Numbered from the stretch's first letter, positions 50,191-61,230 are shown. The stretch: 64,000 nt of DNA from an uncultured Armatimonadia bacterium (GCA_963749155.1 CAVVLO010000002.1:864001-928000); one strand, 5' to 3'. Notes: generated by a model from the sequence alone, not told the origin. A program made the numbers and translations.

Positions 50191-50244
50191 AATAGCCTCC
50201 TCCGCGCCGCCCAGGAATTAGCTGGGTCTGGCGGCGCTTCCTCA

Positions 50245-51384
50245 CTAGGCAATAAGCTTCTTGAGCTCTTCCGGATTCATCGCCCGGTTGAGGGCATCTT
50301 CGTAGCTTATCTCGCCCGACTGATAGAGGTCGCGCAATGACTGGTCCATCGAGACCATTCCGGCCTCGCTGCTGGTCTGCAAAATTGATGGGATCTGGTG
50401 TACTTTTGATTCCCGGATAAGGTTGCGGATGGCCGCCGTGGCCACCATAACTTCTGTAGCGACAATCCGGCCAGGGGCGCCTACGCGCTTCATTAGCTGC
50501 TGCGAAAGCACAGCGGCCAGGTTGTTGGCGAGCTGGACGCGCACCTGCTCCTGCTGACCAGGCGGGAAAACGTCGATGATACGGTCGATTGTCTCCGAGC
50601 AGTTGTTGGTGTGCAAGGTGGCCAGCACAAGGTGGCCAGTCTCAGCCGCGGTGATAGCCAGTTTGATTGTATCCAGGTCGCGCATCTCACCGACCAGGAT
50701 GACGTCGGGGTCTTCGCGCAAGGCTGATCTCAGTGCCGCATCGAAGCCGCGTGTGTCCTGCCCAAGCTCGCGCTGGTTGACTACGCTCATCCGGTGGGTG
50801 TGGAGATACTCGATTGGGTCCTCGATGGTGATGATATGGCACGACCGCTCGATGTTGACCTGGTTCACGACAGCCGCCAGAGTCGTTGACTTGCCGCTTC
50901 CCGTCGGGCCTGTAACCAAAACCAGGCCACGTGGCTTGCGGGAGAGATCCTTGAGGACAGATGGCAGCTTGAGCTCTTCGATAGTCGGGATCCGGCTCGG
51001 GATGAGTCGGAAAGCGACTGCAACGGAGCCCTTGTCCCGGTATACATTGACGCGGAATCTTGCCGAGTTCTTCAACGAATAGGACAGGTCGAGTTCCAGC
51101 GTACTCTCGAAGCGATGGATATGCTCATCGGTCAGGATATCGTAGATGAGCCTTTGGGTGTCTTCCGGCTCGAGCCGCTCGAAGTTGAGTGGTCTAAGGT
51201 CGCCGTCGACGCGTAGGACAGGTGGTACTCCAACGCAAAGATGAAGGTCGGAAGCATTGCGCTCGACTACTTGCAACAGCAACTCGTCGAGGCTGACGTC
51301 AGCCACTGACATACGCTGGACTTGCTGCCTTTGCAGCCGGGGGACGCCTTGTCCGCCCGTGTTACCTGAGCCGATGCCTGCCAT
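50245..51384 (-). CDS. pilT: Pilus retraction ATPase
   Basis: GPTGSGKSTT, TIEDPIE, LREDPDVILVGEMRD, TLHT, AIRNLIRE. Confidence 0.97.
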   Translation of the reverse strand: MAGIGSGNTGGQGVPRLQRQQVQRMSVADVSLDELLLQVVERNASDLHLCVGVPPVLRVDGDLRPLNFERLEPEDTQRLIYDILTDEHIHRFESTLELDLSYSLKNSARFRVNVYRDKGSVAVAFRLIPSRIPTIEELKLPSVLKDLSRKPRGLVLVTGPTGSGKSTTLAAVVNQVNIERSCHIITIEDPIEYLHTHRMSVVNQRELGQDTRGFDAALRSALREDPDVILVGEMRDLDTIKLAITAAETGHLVLATLHTNNCSETIDRIIDVFPPGQQEQVRVQLANNLAAVLSQQLMKRVGAPGRIVATEVMVATAAIRNLIRESKVHQIPSILQTSSEAGMVSMDQSLRDLYQSGEISYEDALNRAMNPEELKKLIA

Positions 51385-51452
51385 CTATGCCTTTGCTCCT
51401 TTATCCCTCTTGCCGAGGAGTAAGCTTTTCAATATTTATCTGACTCGTGGTC

Positions 51453-53198
51453 TTAGGCGTACTGACCAGCTGTTGCGACGCGGCGGACTACCTCTTCTGC
51501 CGTTGTCCAGCCCATAATGACCTTGGTCAGGCCATCTTCGCGCAGCAGTGTCATACCATTGGCCCGCGCGGCTTCACGGACGTCACCAAGCGGAGCGCCA
51601 CGGGCGACCAACTCGGCGATCTCCTCGTTCATCTCCATAAGCTCGAAGATGCCTAGACGTCCCTTATACCCAGTATACCGGCATTGCTCACAGCCTACAC
51701 CGTGGTAGAAGGTTGTCTCGCCATGTACCGCGGGATCGTACTGCAGGCCGATAAGCGCCTCATCATGCGGCTCATAGGGCTCTTTGCAGTTGGAGCAGAT
51801 ACGCCGGCCAAGACGCTGAGCCAGTACGCCGATAACCGAAGCGGCGCAAAGGAAGGGCTCAACGCCCATATCAATCAGACGCGTCATAGAGCTTGGCGCA
51901 TCGTTCGTGTGCAGGGTGGAAAGCACCAAGTGACCAGTAAGTGAAGCGTGGATGGCGATGTCCGCCGTTTCCAGGTCTCGAATCTCACCTACCATCATGA
52001 TGTCAGGGTCCTGACGCAGGAAGCTTCTAAGAGCGGTAGCGAAGGTCAGACCAGCCTTTACGTTCACGGCTACCTGGGCGATGCCTGGCAACTGATACTC
52101 GACCGGGTCCTCGATGGTCATTATGTTGACTTCGGTCGTGTTCAGCTTGTTCAGTACCGAATACTGAGTTGTCGTTTTACCGTGACCCGTAGGACCGGTA
52201 GAAAGCACAATGCCGTTTGGCTGATTGGTAAGCCGTTCCAGCCTGGCCAGGGTGTCGGGCAGGAAGCCCAGGCGATCGAGGCCTACCATCGTGTTCGACT
52301 GGTCAAGGATACGCATAACTATCTTCTCGCCCATCGTAGTCGGGACGGAAGAGACGCGGATGTCGTAGGGCTTGCCTTCAGACACGACGTGGATACGGCC
52401 GTCCTGCGGGACGCGGCGCTCAGCGATGTCCATGTCGGACATAATCTTCAGACGCGAGATCAGCGGCGCGTGAACATGCTTGGGCAGGATGACTTCCTCG
52501 TGGAGGATACCGTCTACGCGGTACCTGACGCGCACATTGCGGCGCTGAGGCTCGACGTGGATGTCAGAGGCCTCCTGTGTGACCGCGTTGCGGATCATCA
52601 GGTTGGTGAGTTTGATGATAGGCGCCTGGGCTGCTACGTCAACGTCGCTGCCCTTTACCGACTCGGCGAGCTCGCTGACTGACCGGCCTTCGGCTTCATC
52701 AACCAGCGTCGAGCGTCGCCCCACATCACTGACGATAGAGTCGATCTCACTGGCCGAGGTTTGTCCGTAGACATTTTGGATGATGGCGTCGATGCTGCCT
52801 TCAAGAGCCAGGGCTGGCTCTATCCGGAGCTGGGTCGCCTGGTTGATGGCGTCGACTGCTTCGATGTCGGTTGGATCGACCATCGCGACGAGAAGCGTCC
52901 CATCTTCGTTGCGCCTTACGGGCACGGCTTTATATTTCTCGGCCATATCCCTGGGCATTACGTTGAGGGCCGACTCGTCAGGCTGCGTGGCGTTGAAGTC
53001 AACGTATGAGACGTTGAGCTGCTCGGCCTTTGCTGCCAGCACGTCTGGCGCCGCGACACCGGCCACATCGACCGCAAGTTGCTCCAGTGACATATTGGTG
53101 TCTCTGGAAGCATTGCGTATCTCGATGGCCTGATCTTCGCTGATGCTGCCTTTCTCAATGAGAATCTGAACGATGTCTTTTCTGCGCTGCAGCCGCAT
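51453..53198 (-). CDS. pilB: Pilus extension ATPase
   Basis: ASDIHVEP, DIAERRVPQDG, GPTGHGKTTT, LRQDPD, CxxC...GCxxC. Start at MRLQRR. Confidence 0.96.
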   Translation of the reverse strand: MRLQRRKDIVQILIEKGSISEDQAIEIRNASRDTNMSLEQLAVDVAGVAAPDVLAAKAEQLNVSYVDFNATQPDESALNVMPRDMAEKYKAVPVRRNEDGTLLVAMVDPTDIEAVDAINQATQLRIEPALALEGSIDAIIQNVYGQTSASEIDSIVSDVGRRSTLVDEAEGRSVSELAESVKGSDVDVAAQAPIIKLTNLMIRNAVTQEASDIHVEPQRRNVRVRYRVDGILHEEVILPKHVHAPLISRLKIMSDMDIAERRVPQDGRIHVVSEGKPYDIRVSSVPTTMGEKIVMRILDQSNTMVGLDRLGFLPDTLARLERLTNQPNGIVLSTGPTGHGKTTTQYSVLNKLNTTEVNIMTIEDPVEYQLPGIAQVAVNVKAGLTFATALRSFLRQDPDIMMVGEIRDLETADIAIHASLTGHLVLSTLHTNDAPSSMTRLIDMGVEPFLCAASVIGVLAQRLGRRICSNCKEPYEPHDEALIGLQYDPAVHGETTFYHGVGCEQCRYTGYKGRLGIFELMEMNEEIAELVARGAPLGDVREAARANGMTLLREDGLTKVIMGWTTAEEVVRRVATAGQYA

Positions 53199-53318
53199 AC
53201 TCCCACTCTCCCACGGGGTGTGCCGGTGGCTACCAGCAGGAATCAAACACCCGCAATATACCCCGGATACGAGTGTACCCGGCGTCTCTCAACCAGTGCC
53301 AGCTTACTGAGCCACTTC

Positions 53319-53327
53319 ATTATACCA
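53319..53327 (-). promoter_or_regulatory. Extended -10 promoter element upstream of pilB
   Basis: TGGTATAAT (TGnTATAAT) in the aroE-pilB intergenic region. Confidence 0.55.
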
Positions 53328-53399
53328 AAGCGCGCTGCCAATCGGCCACACTTGGTCAAGCCTCTATTCGCCAAAAGAAACTGACCTCCTGCAAGCTTT

Positions 53400-54275
53400 C
53401 TATATACTCTTGCTTCCTTCAGAAAGAGCCTGCAGCAACGCCTTGCGCATTACGTCCAAGGGGGCGCTCTGGCCAGTCCACAGCTCAAAGCTGCGCGCCC
53501 CTTGAAGCACTAGCATCTCGGTGCCATCCAGTGTCTTGCAGCCTTTCTCCCTGGCCACTTCGAGCAATCTGGTCTGACGTGGACTATAAATCGTATCGTA
53601 CACTAGCTGGCGCCTGTTGAGTACTGTCTCATCAAAAAGTAAAGGAACTTCTGCCTCGGGAGCCATCCCGTGAGAGGTCGCGTTGACCAGCAACTCTGCC
53701 TCGGCGATAGCTGTATCCACCCCTGGCGTGCCAAGCTCTACCGCAACAATCTGAGTGGCGCCGCCGATTCGTTCTGCTATTGTCTTTAATTTTATCGCGC
53801 GCTCATAGGTGCGATTGGCAATCACGACACTTGCGGCCTTTGCCTGCACCAGCGCGACCAGCAGGCTGCGCGCAACGCCTCCGGCCCCAAGCAGCACAGC
53901 CTTCTTGCCGAGTGGATCGAAGCCGACTTCCCCAAGACTCTCACGAAAGCCATATACATCAGTAGAATCCGCTTTGATCCGGCCCTGAATAAAACTTAAC
54001 GTGTTCGCAGCCCCGGCTACCCGTGCCTCTTCGCCCACCTCATCCGCAAGCCCAAGAGCGGCTTCCTTGTGGGGGATGGTCACGTTGAGCCCGCGAAATC
54101 CCAGCGCCATCGCTCCGCGTATTGCCTCGGCCAAACAGTCAGGAGCTACCGCGAAGGGCACATAAACCCAGTCCAGACCAAGCTTCGTGAAAGCCGCATT
54201 ATGCATCGCGGGCGAACAAGTATGGCCAATTGGATGGCCAACAACTCCCACCACTTGAGTTTTACCACTAATCAT
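53400..54275 (-). CDS. aroE: Shikimate dehydrogenase
   Basis: GHPIGHTCSPAMHN, NVTIPHK, AANT, GAGG, NRT, NATS. Confidence 0.95.
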   Translation of the reverse strand: MISGKTQVVGVVGHPIGHTCSPAMHNAAFTKLGLDWVYVPFAVAPDCLAEAIRGAMALGFRGLNVTIPHKEAALGLADEVGEEARVAGAANTLSFIQGRIKADSTDVYGFRESLGEVGFDPLGKKAVLLGAGGVARSLLVALVQAKAASVVIANRTYERAIKLKTIAERIGGATQIVAVELGTPGVDTAIAEAELLVNATSHGMAPEAEVPLLFDETVLNRRQLVYDTIYSPRQTRLLEVAREKGCKTLDGTEMLVLQGARSFELWTGQSAPLDVMRKALLQALSEGSKSI

Positions 54276-54845
54276 CCCTGGCGCCCTCCAGGTTTTTCTT
54301 CAGGCCACAAGGTCCACCAGTCGTCCTCGGAAAGCAAGCCCAGACGTCGCTCGATTTTTAAGACGCACCGTTCTATCAGGCGGTCGAATTTCGTGCCGAC
54401 AAATTCGCGGTTGCGGTTGATGGGCCTTAGCAAGACTGTATGCAGCCCTGCCCGGTTGCCGCCCCAGACATCGGTTAGCAACTGGTCCCCAATTGCGACG
54501 GCTTTTTCAGGAGCAACGTCAATTTTTGCACAAGCGCGCCTGAAGCCACGTCTCATTGGTTTTTTCGCTCTGGCGATGAACTCACATCCCAGTTCTCTCG
54601 CTACGGCTTCAACTCTATCAGGATTCTGCGCATTAGAGACCAGACATATTGTGAAACCTTGCTCACTGGCACTTATGCGCCCACTCGCGTACCGGTTCTG
54701 ACAGCTCCAGCGAACGCCATAAAGTCAGCGTATTGTCGAGGTCCAGCAGCAGCGCCTTATACCCAAGCCGGGCCAGCCGCTGGATATCAATCTCCACCAG
54801 AGTTCCGGCTACTTCATCAGGCGTCAGGTTGGCAAGCAGGTTCAT
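54272..54845 (-). CDS. yqeG: YqeG-family HAD IIIA phosphatase (+1 frameshift near 54672)
   Basis: DLDNTL; the shifted frame continues ICLVSN...AKKP...IGDQLLTDVWGGNRAG. Confidence 0.85.
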
Positions 54846-56067
54846 TGGTGCTCCTGGTCACGAGCAGTCCTGGTTCGAATCCGACTGCCAAATCGGTCGT
54901 AATAACTACCTCGGCCAGCGCCACGTTGGCGACGTCCAGCGCCTCGCCCTCGGCGCCAACCAGCCCCTGGATGCGGAAAGTCTGCTCCGGCCCTATGGCA
55001 GGAAGCAGTTGATACTCTCCCCCTGTCTCGAGCTTGTTGCGCACTTCGAGCAGGCAGGAATTCGGACCAAGCCGCTTCAGCACCTTGCCTACCAGCAGGC
55101 GCGACTGAGAATAACCTGTAGATTCGGGCGCCTGCAGGCTTGAAGCCCCTCGTCCTTCGAAAAAGGCTTCGGTGTAAGGCCTGTGACTTGGACGCTCCAG
55201 TTCAGCAGACAGGTCCGAAAAGTCGACCTCGCTCCTGGCCAGCCTGTCGAGAGCCTCTCGATAGGTCTTCGTCACCTGCGCTACATAGTGCAGGCTCTTG
55301 GCCCGGCCCTCCAGCTTGATGGCGGTTACTCCAGCCTCGGTCAGTTCGGGCAGTCGGGTCAGCAGATTAAGGTCGCGAGCGTTGAAAATATACGTGCCGG
55401 CTTCGTCCTCGACTACTGGATAGCTCTCATGCGGGCGCTTGGCCTCAATAACAGTATACTCATAACGGCAGGGCTGCGCGCAATCGCCCTGGTTGGCGCT
55501 ACGGCCTGTAAGAAATTCGCTGAACATACACCGTCCGCTGATGGCCATACACATCGCGCCGTGGACAAAGACCTCTAGCTCGACCCCTACCTCGTTGAAA
55601 GCCTGGATTTCTCCAAGGGATAATTCTCGCGCCAGCACGATACGCTTCACGCCCTGACCTTTCCAGAAGGCAGCCGCCAGCGGATTGGTCACATTGGCCT
55701 GGGTAGAGAGATGCAAAGCGAGGTCAGGCGCGACTTTCCTTGCCATCATCAGCGCGGCTGGGTCCGAGATGATTGCCGCATCGGCGCCTGAGGCTCGCAA
55801 CCAGACTTGCAGCCCCTCGCCTAGATCGGGCAGGTCACCAGGGAAACAGAAGGCGTTCAAGGTCACGTAGACGCGTTTCCCGCGCGAATGCACATAATCT
55901 ACGGCAGTGGCCAAGCCCTCAGGCGTGAAGTTGCCCGCCTGCGCGCGTAAGGACAGGCGCTCTAATCCGAGGTAAACTGCGTCTGCCCCGTAAGCGAGTG
56001 CGGCCTTCAATTTCTCGAAGTCGCCCGCGGGCGCGACCAGCTCGGGCAGCCTCACATCAATCCTCAT
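54817..56067 (-). CDS. U32-family protein (TrhP/YrrO-like tRNA hydroxylation protein)
   Basis: PELVAPAG, GADAVY, HLSTQAN, LAREL, HGAMCMAISGRC, ANQGDCAQPCR, KLEGR. Confidence 0.88.
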   Translation of the reverse strand: MRIDVRLPELVAPAGDFEKLKAALAYGADAVYLGLERLSLRAQAGNFTPEGLATAVDYVHSRGKRVYVTLNAFCFPGDLPDLGEGLQVWLRASGADAAIISDPAALMMARKVAPDLALHLSTQANVTNPLAAAFWKGQGVKRIVLARELSLGEIQAFNEVGVELEVFVHGAMCMAISGRCMFSEFLTGRSANQGDCAQPCRYEYTVIEAKRPHESYPVVEDEAGTYIFNARDLNLLTRLPELTEAGVTAIKLEGRAKSLHYVAQVTKTYREALDRLARSEVDFSDLSAELERPSHRPYTEAFFEGRGASSLQAPESTGYSQSRLLVGKVLKRLGPNSCLLEVRNKLETGGEYQLLPAIGPEQTFRIQGLVGAEGEALDVANVALAEVVITTDLAVGFEPGLLVTRSTNEPACQPDA

Positions 56068-57059
56068 TGCGAGCTTTTTTGGTTGCAGCGAGGTGTTCGG
56101 CTATAGCTGCGGCTGAAGTAATGGGTGCCGTTCTTGCGCGCAGTGAAAAAGAGATAATCCGTCCCTGCGGGCGCCAGGGCAGCGATAATTGAGGCTTTGC
56201 CCGGACTGCATATGGGTGAGGGCGGCAGGCCAGGATGCAGGTAAGTATTGTACGGCGACTCGACGCGCGTGTCCTTGTAGCTGAGCACCGTCTTGCGCTC
56301 TGGCAGCACATATTCGACCGTCGCGCACGACTCGAGAGGCATCTTCTTCTTCAGCCTGTTAAGGAAAACGTCTGCCACAACAGAGCGTTCCTCATCGGCT
56401 TTGGCTTCCGACTCGACCAGGCTGGCCAGAATTAGCACTTCGTGCAGTGGGCGCTTGCTCTTGGCAAGCAGCGGAGCGACTTCCGCATCCTTGAGGATGT
56501 CCTTCATCCGACCCAGCATCTTGGTGATGAGCTGCGCCTCATCGAGACCTGGCTCAATCAGATAGGTGTCGGGAAAGAGATAGCCTTCAAGCGTGTCGGC
56601 AGGGGGTGAAGCCAGCTCTTTGAACTGGGCGCGCCCTTTCGTTGCCAGATTAAGAAACCGGTCGGCCTTACCGAGTTGGACTTCCTCAAGTTTGGCTGCG
56701 ATTTTACGCAAGGTATAGCCCTCTGGTACGGTAAAGGGCAGAGCTTCCGTCTCGCCCTTGGTGAGCTTCTCGACAATTGCGCCCAGGCCCATCCCAGGCT
56801 TGAGGTTATATGCGCCGGCCTTCAGCTTGCCCATCGCATTCTTTAGCTTGGCATAACGTGTGAAGGCTCCACCGCTTCGGACAATCCCCTCTTTTTCAAG
56901 CAGCTCGCCTATCTGGGCTGCGCCAGCCCCACTCGGCACTAGCACCAGTTTCGCTGCGCCTTTGGGAGTGGGGAAATAACCAGGCAGCAAAGCGAGTATG
57001 AGTAGCAACACAACGCCCGCGGCGACAGCGCCCATAAGCCAGAACCGTTTAGCTTTCAT
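56057..57059 (-). CDS. mltG: Endolytic transglycosylase MltG (+1 frameshift near 56101 affecting the last residues)
   Basis: TVPEG, LEGYLFPDTY, LASLVESE, SPYNTY...GLPPSPI. Corrected end HYFSRSYAEHLAATKKARNED. Confidence 0.93.
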
Positions 57060-57489
57060 AATCGGCGTCCTCTCTCCGCTTGCGCCTGTCCAGCCAGGAC
57101 TGCAGTATCAGACTGGCCGCAAGTGCGTCCCGCTGGTGCTTGCGCTTCGAGCGCCGCATATCGGCCGAGAGCAAGGTCTGCTCGGCAAGCGCGGTGGTGA
57201 GCCGTTCATCTTCCAGTTCTACTGGCAAGCCTGTCATGGCAGTCAGTGAATCAGCCAGGGCTCTGGCAGCCTGGGCTGAGTCGCCTTCTTCACCAGAAAA
57301 GTGCAGGGGAAGGCCGACCACAATCAACTCGGCACGGTTGACTCTGGCGATTTCAACCAGCGCATCCAGGCCTGCCTCAGGTGGATCGGCCCCAACATAA
57401 CCGGAACGCGTGGGCATCAGTGCCGATTCATCGGACAAGGCCCACCCGTGGCGAGCCCTGCCGAAATCTACCGCCATCACGCGGCCCAT
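57049..57489 (-). CDS. ruvX: YqgF/RuvX pre-16S rRNA nuclease
   Basis: MAVDFG, VVGLP, DERLTT, DALAASLILQSWLD. Confidence 0.93.
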   Translation of the reverse strand: MGRVMAVDFGRARHGWALSDESALMPTRSGYVGADPPEAGLDALVEIARVNRAELIVVGLPLHFSGEEGDSAQAARALADSLTAMTGLPVELEDERLTTALAEQTLLSADMRRSKRKHQRDALAASLILQSWLDRRKRREDADYES

Positions 57490-60104
57490 TAGCCCTCCAG
57501 CGCCGCGGCGATATAAGCCCTGGCGGCTTCGAAGGCCTCATCCAGCTTGCCTTCGTCTTTGCCACCGGCCTGGGCGAAATCGGGCCTGCCGCCTCCTCCG
57601 CCTCCGCAAGCCTGGGCGGCGCGCTTGGCGATCTCGCCGGCCTTGAGTTTGCCAGTCAGGCCTGGGGTCACCCGCGCGATTAGGACGACTTTGCCAGGCT
57701 CGGGCACCCCAGCCAGCAGCAATACGCCTTCGCCAATCCGGTTGATTAACTGGTCGCTAAGGCTCCGCAGGCTTTCCGCATCGGCGCCCTCGGCTCGCCA
57801 GGCCAGCACTCTCACGCCAGCGATTTCCTGCACCTCGGTCATCGGGTCGGTGCTACCAGCCCCAAGCGCCTGCTGCTTGAGCTTGCGAATTTCTTTATCT
57901 TTGGCCTTAACCTGCTCGAAAAGGCGCTCCACCGCCTGGCCTGCGTTTTCGGTTGGAACGCCCAGACGCCCAGCGACCTCATGCAGCGCCTCGTCCCGCT
58001 GCTCGAAAAGCTGCAGGCTGTTGAGCCCTGTCGTGGCCTCGATGCGGCGCAGGTTGGAACCAATGCCTGTCTCGCTCACGATTTTTATCAGGCCAATATC
58101 GCCAGTGCTGGCGACATGGCAGCCCCCACAAAGCTCAAGTGAAACGCCGGGCACTTCCACTACGCGCACTTTGGCGCCGTATTTTTCACCGAATAGCGCC
58201 ATCGCGCCCCGCTGTTCTGCTTCTTGCCGGTCTGTGACTTCCTTGGAGACAGGTGTATTTGCCAGCACGGCCTGGTTGGCCAGCCGTTCTATCGCGGCGA
58301 GTTCTTCCCGGGTCACCTGCTGGAAATGCGAGAAGTCGAACCGCAGCCGCTGTTCATCTTTATAGGCGCCCGCTTGCCTGGCATGCTCTCCCAGCACCTG
58401 GCGAAGCGCCGCGTGCAGCAAATGGGTTGCGGTATGGTTGCGCTCGATGGCTAGCCGGCGTTCGCGGTCCACCGTGGCTGTGACAGCATCGCCTTCGGCA
58501 ATCGCCCCTGTTTCTACTTTCACAGCGTGGAAAACCAGCTCCCCAGCGCGTTTCTGCGTATCAGTGACTTTCAATCTGGCCTGGGTGCCGGTTAGCCTCC
58601 CAGTATCGCCCACCTGGCCGCCAGATTCGGCGTAGAAGGGGGTCGTGTCCAGCACGACCTCGCCCTCCTGCCCCTCTGAAAGCTTCTCTACCTGCTCTCC
58701 CTCGGCGAACAGGGCAACCACTTTGGCTTCGGCGCAGGTTTCTTCATAGCCGATGAACTCGGTCTTACCGAGCTCGCGCGCCAGGGTCTCATAACGCGCC
58801 TGCAGGTCCAGGTCCTCGTGACCGACGAACCGGCTGCGGGTGCGTTGGGCTTCCATCTCGGCCTTGAAGCCTTCCTCGTCCACCTTGAAGCCGGCCTCTG
58901 CAGCCAGCTCGCGCGTCAGGTCGAGGGGGAAACCATTACTGTCATAAAGCTTGAAGGCCTCGGCGCCCGAGAGCGTCGTCTCCCCTTTGGTTTTCATTGC
59001 GTCCAGTGCCTTGTTAAGCAGCGCCAGGCCATCCTCGAGGGTCTCCTGGAAGCGCGCCTCTTCGCGCGCGATGACTTCGGTTATGGTCTCCTCGGCGCTG
59101 ACCAGCTCGGGATAACCGCCCTTCATCCCTTCTACGACCGCGGGCGCCAGCTTGTGGAGGAACGGCTCCTGGAGCCCCAAGGCCCGGCCGAACCGGTAGG
59201 CCCGCCTGATAAGCCGGCGTAGCAGATAGCCTCGTCCCTCGTTACTGGGCATAACGCCGTCATTGATGAGGAAGGTCGAAGCCCGGGCATGCTCTGCGAT
59301 GACACGTGTCGCGGTGGAAGTCTCCTTGTTGCCGTAAAGCTCTTCCACTTCCGCAAGTGAAGCCAGCCGCGTGATAAGTGGCTTGAAGACATCCAGCTCG
59401 AAGGGATTGTGCACCCCCTGCAGCAATATCCCAGCCCGCTCAAGGCCCATACCTGTATCTATGCCGGGTTTAGGCAGAAGGGTGCGTCCGCCTGCTCCGT
59501 CGTCGTTGTACATTTGAAAGACGACATTCCAGATTTCAAAATACCTGTCATTGTCGCCGCCAGGTTCGCCCTGGCCATATTCGGAGCCCATATCAACATA
59601 AAGCTCGGTGCAGGGGCCGCAAGGGGTGTTGGGCATCCCCAGCCCCCACCAGCTATCCTCGAGCCGAACGATGCGTTCCTGCGGCACCCCGACCCGTTTC
59701 TGCCATATCTCGGCGGCCTCATCATCAGTGGTATGAACGGATATCCAAAGCCGCTCTGGGTCGATACCGAAGCCCTGGGTGATGAACTCCCAGGCCCATT
59801 CGATGGCTTCCTGCTTGAAATAATCGCCGAAAGAAAAATTGCCCAGCATCTCAAAGAAGGAAAGATGCCTCGCTGTAACCCCTACATTCTCCAGGTCGTC
59901 CTGCCTAAGGCACTTCTGGCAAGTCGTGACGCGCGGATATTCAGGTTCGACCTCGCGCTTGAACCAGGGCACAAAAGGCTGCATCCCCGCAGTGGTCAGC
60001 AGGGTTGTAGGGTCTGAGGGTATTAGCGAGGCGCTTGGCAGTAGTTTGTGGCCTTTGCTCTCGAAGAAGCTGAGGTACTGCCTTCGGATCTCATCAATTC
60101 TCAC
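57489..60104 (-). CDS. alaS: Alanine-tRNA ligase
   Basis: TAGMQPF, FFEMLGNFSFGDYFK, NHTATHLL, ELCGG, GGGGGRPDFAQAGG. Confidence 0.98.
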   Translation of the reverse strand: MRIDEIRRQYLSFFESKGHKLLPSASLIPSDPTTLLTTAGMQPFVPWFKREVEPEYPRVTTCQKCLRQDDLENVGVTARHLSFFEMLGNFSFGDYFKQEAIEWAWEFITQGFGIDPERLWISVHTTDDEAAEIWQKRVGVPQERIVRLEDSWWGLGMPNTPCGPCTELYVDMGSEYGQGEPGGDNDRYFEIWNVVFQMYNDDGAGGRTLLPKPGIDTGMGLERAGILLQGVHNPFELDVFKPLITRLASLAEVEELYGNKETSTATRVIAEHARASTFLINDGVMPSNEGRGYLLRRLIRRAYRFGRALGLQEPFLHKLAPAVVEGMKGGYPELVSAEETITEVIAREEARFQETLEDGLALLNKALDAMKTKGETTLSGAEAFKLYDSNGFPLDLTRELAAEAGFKVDEEGFKAEMEAQRTRSRFVGHEDLDLQARYETLARELGKTEFIGYEETCAEAKVVALFAEGEQVEKLSEGQEGEVVLDTTPFYAESGGQVGDTGRLTGTQARLKVTDTQKRAGELVFHAVKVETGAIAEGDAVTATVDRERRLAIERNHTATHLLHAALRQVLGEHARQAGAYKDEQRLRFDFSHFQQVTREELAAIERLANQAVLANTPVSKEVTDRQEAEQRGAMALFGEKYGAKVRVVEVPGVSLELCGGCHVASTGDIGLIKIVSETGIGSNLRRIEATTGLNSLQLFEQRDEALHEVAGRLGVPTENAGQAVERLFEQVKAKDKEIRKLKQQALGAGSTDPMTEVQEIAGVRVLAWRAEGADAESLRSLSDQLINRIGEGVLLLAGVPEPGKVVLIARVTPGLTGKLKAGEIAKRAAQACGGGGGGRPDFAQAGGKDEGKLDEAFEAARAYIAAALEG

Positions 60105-61230
60105 TCGCTTGCTCCTTATCGGGGGAGGCGACTTCTGGGCATATCTCGGCCTCGTCTGCCTCTTTCTCCTGCTTGTAGAAACGCTCTATCGCAACCTTAA
60201 CCGAGGCCACAAGTGGCACTGCCAGCAATACCCCGATGAAACCAAAAGCCGCACCGCCTATCAACACTGCCAGTAGTGAAATCAGCGGGTGCAGACCGAC
60301 CTTCCGCCCGACTATTCTAGGCGCAATCAGATTATCGAAGATGACGTTGATTGCAATCAGCGTCAATACTGTCACTAGCACCGCGGTCAAGGCGTGATGC
60401 TCAGCCGTAAAATATGCCACCGTGCCTGCGACCAGACAGCTGATTGTGATGCCGATAGCAGGGATGAGCTGCGTGATGCCCATCAGCAGGCCACAGACCA
60501 GCGCATACTGGGTGCCATAGAAGCCCCCGATGACAGTTAGCGCGATGGTCGCCAGGATGGCCACCGAGAGCACGACTGTAAATTGGCCGCGTATATAGCG
60601 CCCGATTACGCCATCCACTTCGTGTGCGATGTCAACTACCCGCGGCCGCCAGCGTTTTGGCACCAGCTTCGCCAGGCCACCTTTGACCTTAACGAAATCC
60701 AGCAGCAAGTAGAAAGTGGCCAGCGTCGCCAGCAATACGCCCAGTACTATCGCGCCAACCGAGGCCACCACGGCGCTTGTAGTGTTGGACAGCCACTGGG
60801 GCAACCAGACATTCAGGTTCTCGGTCACTTTTAGTCGCGCGCTCTCGATGATAGGCGGGATCTCTTCACCACTGAAATAGCTCGTGTAGACCTCGGTGAA
60901 CCAGTCCTCGGCTACCTGATAATACTCGGCAAAGCTCTGCACGAGTTGCTGAGTCTCTTTTTGAGCCATCGGTACGATTACCAGGGGCAGGGCAACAAGT
61001 ACCATTATAAATACGAGTCCGAGCAGCAGCACGCCAACCGGACGCTTGATTCCATGGCGTTCCATGGCGCGCACAATCGGATCAAGCAGATATGCGAACG
61101 CAAAGCCTACCAGGATGGGCGCCAGATACATCCTCGCCCACCAAAGGCTCGCGCCAAGAAGCACGAGCAACACCGGACCCAAGACCGCGGCCAGCGTCCA
61201 GAGCAAAATGTTGCGGCCCGTTCTGTTCAT
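60094..61230 (-). CDS. AI-2E family (PerM) transporter
   Basis: AYLLDP, YIRGQ, PRIVGRKVGLHP, GFIGVLLAVP. Confidence 0.9.
   Translation of the reverse strand: MNRTGRNILLWTLAAVLGPVLLVLLGASLWWARMYLAPILVGFAFAYLLDPIVRAMERHGIKRPVGVLLLGLVFIMVLVALPLVIVPMAQKETQQLVQSFAEYYQVAEDWFTEVYTSYFSGEEIPPIIESARLKVTENLNVWLPQWLSNTTSAVVASVGAIVLGVLLATLATFYLLLDFVKVKGGLAKLVPKRWRPRVVDIAHEVDGVIGRYIRGQFTVVLSVAILATIALTVIGGFYGTQYALVCGLLMGITQLIPAIGITISCLVAGTVAYFTAEHHALTAVLVTVLTLIAINVIFDNLIAPRIVGRKVGLHPLISLLAVLIGGAAFGFIGVLLAVPLVASVKVAIERFYKQEKEADEAEICPEVASPDKEQASEN

Noticed and set aside
23309..53198. Type II secretion system interpretation
   Set aside because: PilT (AIRNLIRE) and separate PilM/N/O point to a type IVa pilus, although a secretion role cannot be excluded.
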